Source: Octopus vulgaris (taxonomy: Eukaryota). From it: DNA of 64,000 bases. The stretch spans positions 56,916,001 through 56,980,000 of the forward strand of contig OX597829.1 in the NCBI GenBank assembly GCA_951406725.2, given 5' to 3'. The notes under the pieces are model-generated. The model was not told where the DNA came from and ran no database searches. It saw nothing but the letters and a program-made list of their open reading frames with translations. Made by a program: the position numbers and the translations under genes. Shown here piece after piece: positions 1 through 11,494 of the stretch; positions within the stretch are counted from its first letter, which is position 1; every line of letters begins with the position of its first letter.

Positions 1-580
1 CACAAGGGCCAGTCAGGCGGTACTGGCAACGGCCATGCTCAAATGGTGTTTTTAATGTGCCACCTGCACAGGGGCCAGTCCAGTGGTACGGGTAATGACC
101 TTGCTTGAATATTATTTCACGTGCCAGTAAGGTGACGCTGGCAACGATCACGTTCGGATGGTGCTCTTAGCACTCCACTAACACGGATGCCAGTCATTGA
201 ATTTGACTTCGATTTCGATTTCACTTGCCTCAACAGGTTTTTGCAAGCAGAGTTTAGTGTCCAATGAAGGAAAGGTATGCATAAGTGGGGTGGTTACACC
301 ACTGGCATAGGCCACGAGGTTATGGTCTCACTTGACTTGCTGAGTGTTCTCAAGCACAGCATATTTCCAAAGGTCCCGGTCACTAGTCATTGCCTCAGCA
401 AGGCCTAATGTTTGAAGGTCATGCTTCACCACCTCATCCCAGGTCTTCCTGGGTCTACCTCTTCCACAGATTCCCTTAACTGCTAGGGTGTGGCACTTTT
501 TCACACAGCTATATTTATCCATTCTTGCTGCAAGACCAAACCAGCGCAGTCATATCTCTTGCACACCACATCTGATGCTT
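1..580 (-). mobile_element. RTE-clade LINE 3' portion (ORF C-terminus and 3'UTR)
   Basis: ORF 328..522 GRGRPRKTWDEVVKHDL...DRDLW is a typical RTE C-terminus; same family as 28300-31133. Confidence 0.85.
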
Positions 581-683
581 CGCACATGATGGGCTTCTTT
601 CAGTTTTCATCTACCAAATCCACTCACTGGGCTATACATATATACACATACATATACATATACACACACAGACACATTCTTGG

Positions 684-882
684 TTAGCCTGTGTGGAGAG
701 AGAGATGTAAATTAAGCATACCATGATCTGATGAATTATCTGTTGTTGTTGTTGTTGTCGTCGTCGAGGTTGTTGTTGCTGTTGTTGTTGTAGAATTGGT
801 GGTTGCCGTAGAAGCAGCTGTGGTGGTGGTGGTAGTAGTGGTGGTGGCGGTGGTGGTTGTGCTGTTGTTGTTCTTGCGATTA
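684..882 (-). CDS. PPP4R4: PPP4R4 poly-Thr exon (NRKNNNSTTTTATTTT...TTDNSSDHG[MLNLHLSLHTG*]); either terminal or spliced at 722
   Basis: ttttcag acceptor at 883-889; phase 2 fits the previous exon; open to TAA at 684-686; internal gtatgc donor after 722. Confidence 0.65.
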
Positions 883-1464
883 CTGAAAATAACGTTTACA
901 GAAAATAAATTATAAATTTATAACAGCAAAAAGAAATTTCAGCCCCAGTTGGAGCATTCCTCAATATTTGGCTAAGATAGTAACATTTTGTTTTATGGTA
1001 GAATGGTTTTGGACATTTATTCCTTCCAGTAGTTTTGTTCCATTTAGAAAACTACAGCTACAGTTTATTTAACAAATTACATTTTTAAAATTGTAATTTT
1101 AATTTATGGAGGGATAAAATGTTCATTGAAAATATTAATGAAAGTAATAAAAAATATGTAGTAATTATTAGATATTAATGATTTATTATTCTGATTCCAA
1201 GGATCTAAACTTTGAAGGATTTTAGTTCTGATGGCAAGTCCAAAACTGAAAAATTAAAGTTCAACTTTTGCTCCTTCTAAAAAATAGAAAAAAACCCGGA
1301 AGATTGTAATTTCTGTTTAATAAAGATTAATTGAAATTTTTAGATTAGTGATATACACACTCTTCATACAACATAAATGGAAACTTCTAAATTTACTGAA
1401 ATTTTATCAAAGTAATGCTTTTTAGCCTGATCGAAATAGATATTTCATTCAAAATTTGACTTAC

Positions 1465-1522
1465 TTATTGGAACTAGTTGGTTTAATTCCTGATTTTGCT
1501 GGTTTCTGAACTCCAGCTGTAG
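1465..1522 (-). CDS. PPP4R4: PPP4R4 tail exon (TAGVQKPAKSGIKPTSSN)
   Basis: aag acceptor (alternative in-frame cag 6 nt downstream) and gtaagt donor; phase 1 to 2. Confidence 0.72.
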
Positions 1523-1904
1523 CTTGAAAATAAGAAATGAAAATAAGATAAGAAATAATTTAGGAAAATAATGGAGAAAGTTTTAAATTGTGAACATGGT
1601 TAAACATCAATGTTGTATGAGCTTTCTACATGGTTTAGGAGTTTCATTTAATCTTGTGATACATGTTCACATGGAGGAAACATCTCACCTCTCCATGCAG
1701 AAAATATGTCACATCTTCAGCATGAATGTCATAGTTCCTTCAGCTCACATGTAGGACACGTTCCTTTCTACATGTGTAAATGCACCATATTCTGGCAATA
1801 CAGAACGGGTGAAACCTCTCACAATGTTTCTATATTGAGACATTGAGAAAACAGAAGGAACAACATTGAATAATTAATTGAAAACTGAATATAAATGGAT
1901 GATG

Positions 1905-2285
1905 ATTGGTTGTTATTGGCGTCCTTTTGTCTCGGGGGACAATGGAGTTGCGCATAAGCTAATCCAGTCTGGTTTTTACATTTCATATCCTCTCCAGGTT
2001 TGCGCAGGCCTGGGCTAGATGTAAGAAAATCCTGGGTAGCCCAATCGTCAGGATTCCTCTCTCGACCTTGCTGATGTAGTCCAAAGGAGTGCAGAGCATT
2101 ACGTTTGGCACCAGCTTGGTTGCAGGAGCTGCCGGAAGAGTGTCGAGTCGAACACTAAACCGCCTACGGGGCTCCACTCCAGATTTCTTTGATTTTTTTC
2201 CGTAACCCTGGATAGGGGCCCATACCAAGTACTGTCAGCCGGAACCAGCTGAGCCCAGGACTTGTGTCAGGTAGGGTCGTCACTC
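1905..2285 (+). mobile_element. GC-rich, CpG-intact island resembling an RTE-type LINE 5'UTR
   Basis: gtttggcaccagcttggttgcaggagctgccggaag...ggggctccactccagattt resembles RTE 5' ends (recalled, not searched). Confidence 0.45.
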
Positions 2286-2828
2286 TCTGAAGTAGTGAAG
2301 AAAATCACTACCACTACCTAAATGGTGATTGGTAAAGTAGATATATAATGTGAACCAGTGGTGGTGGTGGTGTTGCAGGCAGAAATACTACTGTTTGACT
2401 ACCATCCATTCTACCATGCTAGTATTGGTTGAATTGGGATTTGAGACAGGATTTTACAGCTGGATGTTGTTCATGGTGATAATGTTGGTAGAATATTAAT
2501 TATAAGCACATGATCACAACATTTGTGGTCGAGGGAAAGGGAATGGAAAAAGTATAGTTGGAAAGAAATCAACTAACTGGCCCTTTACCTCAAAAATAGG
2601 AAAGCCAATGTTGACTTCCTTGGGATTTGAAACCAAAACAGAAAGCTATGCAACAAAATACTACACAATATTTTCTCTATTGTTCTGCTTATTCACTGCT
2701 TTAGTTACATTAAGACAATGATTATTCTAATGATGCTGATTTGAATGATGTTTATTTTTCTGTAAATCTAATCAAAAGAAGTTCAAAAACGTTTTCAAAG
2801 GAAAGTATTGTTGCACAGAAATACTTAC

Positions 2829-2930
2829 TGGGAATATGTGATACAGTAATAGGTGAGGGTGGTCGAACTGGTGTGGATACTCGAGGAATACGCGTGTTGT
2901 TACATAAACGAGATTCAGCCGATTTACCAT
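2829..2930 (-). CDS. PPP4R4: PPP4R4 tail exon (GKSAESRLCNNTRIPRVSTPVRPPSPITVSHIP)
   Basis: tttttag acceptor and gtaagt donor; 102 nt, phase 1/1. Confidence 0.8.
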
Positions 2931-3042
2931 CTAAAAACAAATTGGCTTTCATTAAAAATACTTCATAAACACATACCAAACGATGACTGTAAATTCATAT
3001 ATATTTTACAAAAGCAATAATTGTGAATATAAATTATTATTC

Positions 3043-3240
3043 CTTTTTTTGTTTCAGTCATTTAACTGTGGCTATGCTGGAGCACCACTTTTAGTCGAAC
3101 AAATCAACCCCAGGACTTATTCTTTGTAAGGCTAGTACTTATTCTATCCATCTCTTTTGCCAAACTGCTAAGTTATGGGGATGTAAACACACCAACATCA
3201 GTTATCAAGCGATAGTGGGGGGACAAACACAAACACACAC

Positions 3241-3275
<35 letters not shown>

Positions 3276-3423
3276 CACGATTGGCTTCTTTCAGTTTGCG
3301 TCTACCAAATCCACTCACAAGGCTATATTAGAAGACACTTGACCAAGGTGCCACACGGAGGGACTGAAACTGGGACCATGTAGTTGAGAAGCAAGCTTCG
3401 TACCACACAGTCACTCCCGTGCC
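3043..3423 (-). mobile_element. SINE family A
   Basis: Same head, core and tail as 42198-42613. Confidence 0.85.
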
Positions 3424-3632
3424 TATTCTTTAAATATACTTCACAAACACACAGGAATAAATTTTTAAAAAATGATGTAAATATTCGTTCTATAATTGAG
3501 TTGGTCACAAATATATATATATATATAAAAAAAAGAGATGCTGTTGTAAGTTCCCAGACCCACATTTCTTATCCTTCTGCCCACTGCATTCCTGGTGAAT
3601 TTAGCATCATCATCTCCATCATTACTGTATAA

Positions 3633-3810
3633 GCACAGGTATGGTTACATGGTTAAAAAGTTTGTTTCTCAATCACATGGTTTTGAGTTCAGTTTCACAG
3701 TGTGGCACCCAGGGTGCCTTCTACTTTAGTCCTGGGGCCAACCAAAGCTTTGGGAGCGGATTTGGTAGAAGGTAACTGCAAAAAGTATCTGTTGTATGTG
3801 TGTGCCTCCT
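3633..3810 (+). mobile_element. SINE family A 5' part (older)
   Basis: ggccaaccaaagctttgggagcggatttggtaga core. Confidence 0.7.
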
Positions 3811-4012
3811 TGTCTCAACATCATACAGTGGTCCTAAAGGAGCTCCACTGTCGTAAAAGCAGACTTTTACATTTCCCAAGGTTTGTTAAAAACATATCTG
3901 GCCTTGGGGGAACATTTACCCTGCTGTGAAGAGGGAGGCATCAAGTTCCAACAAATTCTATCTAACCAGTAGAAAAAAAAAATGGATATTAAAATTACAA
4001 TAGTTATCATCA

Positions 4013-4057
<45 letters not shown>

Positions 4058-4061
4058 CTAA

Positions 4062-4240
4062 ATGGCAGAACCATTAGCATGCTGGATGAAATGCTTAGTA
4101 ATATTCTGCCTATTGCTACATTCTGAGTTCAAATTCTGCTGAGGTTGACTTTACCTTTCATCCTTTCAAGGTTGATAAAGTAAAGTACCAGTTGTGATAC
4201 TGGGGTGGTCGATGTAATCAACTTTGTGGCAAAATTTGAA
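4062..4240 (+). mobile_element. SINE family B (gttgactttgcctttcatcctttc..gataaa..agtaccag core); further copies near 4262-4730, 8095-8270(-), 22105-22200, 25610-25762(-), 56980-57110, 60905-61020
   Basis: Recurrent core preceded by ttctgagttcaaattc (B-box-like). Confidence 0.7.
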
Positions 4241-4336
4241 ACCATTCTTCTTCTTAAAATGCTCATTGGCATTTCTTCTGGCTCTTTACATTCTGAGTTC
4301 AAATTCTGTGAAGGTCGACGTTGCTTTTCACCCTTT

Positions 4337-4662
4337 CATCATCATCATCATCATCGTTTAACGTCTGTTTTCCATGCTGGCATGGGTTGGACGGTTCGAC
4401 TGGGGTCTGGGAAGCCAGAAGGCTGCACCAGGCTCCAGTCTGTTCTGGCAGTGTTTCTACAGCTGGATGCCCTTCCTAATGCCAACCACTCCGTGAGTGT
4501 AGTGGGTGCTTTTTACGTGCCAGGGGAGGCTGGCAATGGCCATGATCGGTTGGTGGTTTTTACGTGCCACCAACATGGAAGCCAGTCAAGGCGGCGCTGG
4601 CATCGGCCACGTACGGATGGTGCGTTTTACATGCCACTGGCACAGGTGCCAGAGTAGGCTGG
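4337..4662 (-). mobile_element. RTE 3'UTR fragment nested in a SINE
   Basis: (cat)n tail followed by ttccatgctggcatgggttggacgg; SINE sequence resumes at about 4663. Confidence 0.8.
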
Positions 4663-5439
4663 CAGCACTGGGGTGGATGTAATCAACTAGCCCCCATCCC
4701 GTAAATTTCAGGCCTTGTGCCTACATTAGAATCATCATCATTATTATTACTATTGTTGTTGTTGTTGCAACACAAATATTTCTTGTAGTAATGCCATTTG
4801 TGATTCCTACCACTCCATATTGCAATTATCCATGTCTATAGACAGCTGGAATGGTTTATTTCATGGATAGAGGAATTTGTTTTCACAGTTGGATGTCTGT
4901 CTTTTCAACAGTAAGATCACTGTTTAGCCCCAATCCAGCTGATCCATGATCAAAACTATACCAGCCATGACCATTAAATCTTGAGTGTCTTCATTTAGCC
5001 CTTGCAGAGCCAGATTAAGACACGATGAAACCCTAAGCTACATACATTTTACAGACCATTGGAAAAAAAAAAAAAAAATCCACACTCGTAGGTTTCATGA
5101 AAATTGAAAACATATTCACCCTTTAATCTATTTATGATTGCTGCAGTTTGTCAGACATAAGTTTTATTCAGCTAATGTCTAACTTTATAACACAGCCCCA
5201 AGACTGAGTCTAGTTCTGTATCCCATTATCCTGAGTTCAAATTCACTCATATATTATTCAGCTTTGTCAAGGTACCAATAATATCCTGAGTTCGATATTA
5301 ATTACCAATACTTTTCGTCCAATCCTATTCTGCAGCAAAATTTTATGACAGAATACCAGAAGAAATGATTTACAATAATTAGGGATGTTCATTTAAGATT
5401 CCAAGTTCAAATCCTGTCACCTCACTCGATATCCCTGAC

Positions 5440-5910
5440 CCTCGTACTTGTGTTTTATTACTTTGTTCCAAAGCAAGGGACTGAGCCCTCAGTCTTTTCA
5501 CATCCTATGGAACTGGTGGCATTTACGATGTCAGAGTCCCTCTTAAACTGTTGCAGGTTGAAATCTACAGGAAAGGCAGACACAGGGAAAGGGGTTCAGA
5601 GAGCCAATGTTCTGGGGAAGAAGGGTTGGGTGAAGTCTTTAGTGAAGGACCTGAGGTGTGTGTGTGTGTGTGTGAAAAGGAGGATGTTAGGTACAATATC
5701 AGTGATAAAGGGGGGGGGGATGAATGAACAGGGAGTAACTGAAAGGAAGGGGGGAGCCAAACCAAACAGGACTGAATGAAAAGTTGAGGCCATTATAGTA
5801 GCAACAGAAAACAAAGCAGAAAGAGGAAAGTGTGTGGGCCAAGAGGCTGTAATATGATTGTGCCTTCATACCCAGATCGGTCAAGTGGCCTTTTTTTGGA
5901 TGTAACAACA
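5440..5910 (-). mobile_element. CR1/Jockey-group LINE 3' fragment
   Basis: Translations LLAH..SSFC...YYNG and QPFFPRTLAL..PFP..AFP..FNLQQFK are typical of the CR1-like ORF2 C-terminus. Confidence 0.65.
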
Positions 5911-6367
5911 AGAGGAGGACGAGGGGTGGGGTGGGGGTGGAAACTGGTTCTTTGCTGGTAAATGTCTCTGATTAGTCTGACTTATGTTACTGTTTCTGGG
6001 TCAGTGACTACTAGTAATTTGATGATGAAGGAATGGGTCAACTGGGATAATCAAATCACCTAAGCAAGGGACAAGAACCAACTAAGAAGTCTGTATGCAG
6101 TTGCTCAACTTTCTAGAAAAAGCACACAAATCTCCTTTAAATCACATCATCCTATCATCTTCAGAGAAGGACATGTTAGATAACATTGGTTTAGATAGAA
6201 CAGAGCAGAAATAAAAGGCAGAACAATCATGACTGGAACACAATTGTGATTTAGGTTTGCTGGATCAAGGCTAATCTGGAATTAAACAACAACAACAACA
6301 ACTACTATAATAACCTTTCTGAGTATTTTAAAATTAATTTCCATAAAACTAAAATAAATCACCTTAC

Positions 6368-6448
6368 CTTTTGGTGTAGGAAGAGAAGATGTACCTATCA
6401 CAGGTATTTTTGTGTCTCTTTTGCCAGGAGAGTCCACAAGCTTTGAAT
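6368..6448 (-). CDS. PPP4R4: PPP4R4 tail exon (SKLVDSPGKRDTKIPVIGTSSLPTPK)
   Basis: cag acceptor and gtaagg donor; 81 nt, phase 1/1. Confidence 0.78.
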
Positions 6449-7568
6449 CTGGTTTGGAGAATTAATTAAAGTAAAATGAAAAAAATTTTAAAAAACAACA
6501 ACAAAAAAACATTTAAATATATAAACGAAAATATAATGGAAAAAACTTCCACATTTTATGATTGCCGTGGGTGGTGTGTGGAGGAGAAAAGAAGACTTAC
6601 ATGATGGCAGGGTTGGGAAGGGAAGAAGAGATATCCAAAGCAGGTAACGAGGCAAAGTAGGTGATGGAAGGGTAAAGGAGCAGGGGAAGATGTGCTGGTG
6701 GGGCTAGGGTAGAGGTGAAAGGAAGGGGCAAAGACGAAGGAGAAGGTGGGGTGGAGGCAGTTAAGAGGTGAAGTAGAGCTGAAAGATGCCAACGGAAGGG
6801 GTAAGGAAAATTTGGTGGCAGCAACAGAAAAATATCATAGAACAGCAAAAGTAATCAAAGATATAAAAAAGAATAAAGGAAATAAGTAGCTGGAGACGGA
6901 CGGGGAGGAAGAAGTGCCCCTCCCCCCCCCGGCTCCCACTTCTCAACCCGTCTATTTTATATCAGAAATATTCAGAACCATTCCAAGTATTACCATAATG
7001 GATTCCACTGAATAACAGTCAACTGCTGCCAGAAGGAACATACCATTCAGTTGCCAACGGCAATTGATTTTATTCAACATTAACCATGATTGCACAATGG
7101 TGTAGCTCGATAGTCTGTGAGCCAAGTTCCATTTTTGGTAGAAACACAGGAAGGGTTTTGGATTAAAGAAATTGATACGACATTGAAAGAGCAACGGAAA
7201 GATGTCTGCTGCTGCTGCACCACCACCACCACCACCACCAACAACAACAACAAGACTCTGCTCCTCTGAAAAACTAAGTTACGTACACAACACACTGGTC
7301 TCTCCTCTTGACACCCCCACACCACACTATAACTGATAATTTCTTCTCAGAATGTCAACCTTCTGAAATTCCTGCAGACATCAACTTACACATTTTCAAG
7401 TAGAACACCATTAACCAGTCTTGGAGGTCATGTGGGAGCTTCAGGCACTGTCCATTCCACAGGACTAAACTTTAAATACGCACAACACACATTTCATATT
7501 TAAAGATTAAAAAGTTATGATCTCTATAAGTTTGTCATAAAAAAGAAAAAAAAAAAAGAGCATCTTAC

Positions 7569-7661
7569 CTCGCTTGGGAATTTGTGATGTAGAGCATATT
7601 GAAGAAGTGGATCGGGATTTAACTAGACGACAGTTTGGTATCGAAGAACCTTTGGTTTTAA
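7569..7661 (-). CDS. PPP4R4: PPP4R4 tail exon (KTKGSSIPNCRLVKSRSTSSICSTSQIPKR)
   Basis: cag acceptor and gtaag donor; 93 nt, phase 1/1. Confidence 0.8.
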
Positions 7662-8591
7662 CTGCAAATTTAATTGAAAACCAACAACAAAATCTTTAAA
7701 ATTATCAATCAAAAAACAAATCAAAATTTCATGAATTGGATCTAAAAAATTGATATTTTTTTTTAGTTTTAAATAAATGTAATTTTTAAAATAATTGACT
7801 GTATTAATAATTTATTATACAACATTGAAAAGAATATCGTCTAAATAAAAGTTAATTCAAAACAGTCTTTTATAATCCCTGATTAAAATATGTTAAAAAT
7901 ATATCTTTTACCCCACTCTACCGTCTACATCAGTGACATAAAAACTGAATTATTGTCAACATATACAATAAAGTGTTGTGTGTGTGTGTCTTCATCTATT
8001 CATCCATGTGGTCTGTAAACCAGTACATTAATCTCACTGCCTCTGGGGTCAGCAAGTGGTACAATATCAAAATAACTGTTTCTACTATCATTAATTTTGG
8101 GTGACCGGGATTGTTGATTATATCGGCCCCAGTGCCCAACTGGTACTTATTTCATTGACTCAGAAAGGAAGAAAAAGCAAAGTTGACCTTGATGGAATTT
8201 GAGCTCAAAATGTAGACAAAATGCTCATCAGTGTCCATTGTGCTAACGATTCCTTCCAGCTCGTTATCAGGATAATAGTCTTGTACATCTTTAAGCTTGT
8301 AGTTTAATTTAAAAGTTCATAACTCAAGAAATATATTCAGAGTACCAGTAAACTAACATCACACACACACACAGACACACACACACACACACACACACAG
8401 GATAGGAATTTATAAAATAATATGTTGATAAAAGATTTCAACATTATGAGGCAATACAAAATATTTTAGCAACAAAAAATTATTTAGTTACACACTCACA
8501 CACATGTACATCTGAATGTATGTATATGTAAATAAATTTGTGGTAATCACAGCCATCATCCTACAGGTACTATGTGGTTAAATAAATAAAT

Positions 8592-8632
<41 letters not shown>

Positions 8633-9556
8633 ATGTATGTATATATATATATATATATGGAAAATGGACACATACACACATGGGTTGTGTGGCTAAGAAG
8701 TCTGCTTCCCAATTAGATGGTTGTAGGTTCAGTTCCACTGTAAGGCAACTTGGACAAGTGTCTTTTGATATAGCCCAGGGACAACCAGTCTTACGAGTGG
8801 ATTTGGTTAACAAAATCCTAAATCTGTTGTGTGTTCACACACGTATTATATATGTATACGTGTGTGTTCTCGCTTTTCACTTTTGTAGATGTATGGAATA
8901 AGAGATCCCCTACCAGAAAATCAGGTAAAGCTTAGTGACAGGAAGGCTATTTGACTGCAAAACAATGTCTCAGAAATACATTTGTCTAATTCTAATGTCC
9001 ATCTTTTGTCCATGCTTCCATGGGAAGGACAGCGACATATTTAAAGCAGGATTTTTTTAGCTGAATGTTTTTCTTGTCACCAGCCCCAATCCTTGCTTTT
9101 CAAGTCAGGAATTTAAAAACTTCCACAGGCCTTAGAAAGCAGAGGCACACAGTATCAACAAGGAATGTAAACATAACAATGTTTAGTTGAGATGGTAACA
9201 AACAGCTTTACAATTTCAATATTTGTGCACGAACACACACACACGTGACAATCTTCCACATAGTTTCCATCTACCATATTCCCTAATGAGGCATTAGTTA
9301 ACCTAGAGTAGAAAATACTTATCCACAATGCTGTGCAGTAGGGCTGAACCTAAAACCATAAAGCTACAAAGATAACTTCTTAAGAACAGGGCACTGTGTT
9401 TATGTCTTATAACTTAGTGGTTTGACAAACAGATATTGATAAGAACCAAATTCAGAAATAATTAGTGGGGCTGGGGCAATATTATTGACCTAGATCCTTC
9501 AATGGGGTGCCGCAGTAAGGCCAAAGCCCTATAATATATATACATATACTCCTTAC

Positions 9557-9664
9557 CCTTTGGTGAAGACACTGGTGTTAAACTGGATGAGAAATTACTT
9601 AAAGATTTTTTGCATTCTTTTAATGGAGTTGGACTTGCTCGTTTCTCAGAAGTGGATTTTTGAG
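9557..9664 (-). CDS. PPP4R4: PPP4R4 tail exon (QKSTSEKRASPTPLKECKKSLSNFSSSLTPVSSPK)
   Basis: cag acceptor and gtaagg donor; 108 nt, phase 1/1. Confidence 0.8.
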
Positions 9665-10713
9665 CTGAAAACAAAAGAGATAAAGAAAAATATTTTTTCA
9701 TCAAAGAATATTTTTATTACAATACTGTTCAAGAAGGAATGGCATTCATCTTACAAATTTATGTGTTCCATGAATGTACATGCATGCAAAGGGTTTCCAC
9801 ACAGTTTCCGTCTACCAAATTCACTATTGGTTAACTCAAGGCTACAATCGAAGACAATTGTGGCCATGTGGTTAAGAGGTTTGCTTCCCAAACCACTAAT
9901 ATGGTTTTCAGTCCCATTGCATGGTACCTTAGTCAAGTGTCTCCTGATAAGGCTCTCAGCTGACCAAAGCCTTATAAGTGAATCTAGCAGATGGAAACTG
10001 AAAGAAGCCTGTCACATATACTATCAATACTTAAGACTTGTGCTTCATGTTGGTATGGGTTGGGCTGTTGGACAGGTTCCAATGACTGCAAGAACTGCAC
10101 TGTGCAGTAATGTCTGCCTTGGCATCATTTCTACAGCAGCAGGAGGAGGACTTTCCTCATACCAACCATTTTACAGCATGTACAGAGCTTTTGCTTTTTA
10201 AGGCCACCAGTGCTACTGAGGTTGTCATGCAGCTTTGTGCTAGGAGGTGAGGGGTTCCAGTATGAGAGAAACAGGTGGCCACAATACAACACACACACAC
10301 GTATGTGTGTGTGTGTGCCACACTGTTTGCATCATGATATTAAAGATCACATGAAGCAAGCAGTGTTGTTAGTGTCTCCTGTCTCCTGCTTATATTTTAC
10401 CTTTGAAGCTGTGTGACATAACCCGTTAAGGAAAGAAACACGTAAAGGTTAATGCAAGAAAAGGTATCTGACTGTAAAATAAAACCTCAAATTTGTCCAA
10501 CCCATGCCAGCATGGAAAGACGAATGTAAAACAAATGAATGAAAAGAAGATTGGGAATAGGTTTTAAGTGCTGAACCACAAGAGAACTCGTTCCGTAATA
10601 AAGGTAACACAAACCAACATAATGGGCATAAATGGTGCCAGGTATTTTTAGCTAAATTTTTAATCAGTTATTTCTATATAACTACAACAACCCCAGCACC
10701 CTTACATATTTAC

Positions 10714-10792
10714 CTGAAACTTTTCTTGGAGAAGGAATTTTAGAAAATGGTACATCTTTCTTTACTTTTGATTTCTCTTCATTTTTTTCATC
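10714..10792 (-). CDS. PPP4R4: PPP4R4 C-terminal tail exon (DEKNEEKSKVKKDVPFSKIPSPRKVS)
   Basis: aag acceptor and gtaaat donor; 79 nt; phase continuity. Confidence 0.78.
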
Positions 10793-11154
10793 CTTTAAAT
10801 ACAAGAAATAAAAAAATAAGACAGGCATCTTAGGATGATTAACTTCAAATCAAAAATGCTTAACAACTGTATCATTCACCTTCACACTCATTTCTTTTGA
10901 TGCTTGTGAAAGCTGGGAGGGTCTTCTCCAACTCAGCATCTCATCTCTTTCCACAGTCCATTATCATCACCATTAATTCACTCTTGAGATGAGCTTTTCC
11001 CATTTCTTACCATATTTTCCCAAGTTTTCTTTTTCTGTGAGATTTTACCATTTATATAACTTGGCACTTTTTACCAAATTGTCAGCCTTCAAAATTACAT
11101 GTCCACATCAATGCATTCTTCTCTCTGGCACACTTCATCTAATTTCTCATACAT

Positions 11155-11273
11155 GCTTTCGGCCATATCACATTGAAAGCACTGGTTCTCGTCCAATCAC
11201 CAAAGTTAAGCAACATCAAGCCTAGTTAGTACTTAGATGGGTGACCGCTTGGGAAACCTAGGTGCTGTAAACG
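11155..11273 (+). pseudogene. 5S rRNA gene copy (full length, CpG-decayed pseudogene)
   Basis: gctttcggccatatcacattgaaagcactggttctcgtccaatcaccaaagttaagcaacatcaagcctagttagtacttagatgggtgaccgcttgggaaacctaggtgctgtaa is colinear with metazoan 5S; most differences are CG>CA/TG. Confidence 0.9.
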
Positions 11274-11282
11274 TCACACTAA

Positions 11283-11462
11283 GTGCAGGAGTGTCTGTGT
11301 GGTAAGTAGCTTGCTTACCAACCACATGGTTCTGAGTTCAGTCCCACTGCATGGCACCTTGGGCAAGTGTCTTCTACTGTAGCCTCAGGCCAACCAAAGC
11401 CTTATGAATGGATTTGGTAGATGGAAACTGAAAGAAGCCCATTGTATATATGTATATAAAAA

Positions 11463-11494
<32 letters not shown>

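Noticed and set aside
2931-2986. Alternative cag acceptor at 2987-2989 for the 2829 exon
   Set aside because: It introduces an in-frame stop; the acceptor at 2931-2933 preserves the frame
4205-4657. 150-aa ORF with poly-His (and the similar 167-aa ORF at 57229-57732)
   Set aside because: Antisense reading of the RTE 3'UTR and its (GAT)n tail
9560-10201. 213-aa plus-strand ORF
   Set aside because: It runs antisense across a PPP4R4 exon and through SINE fragments; no recognisable domain
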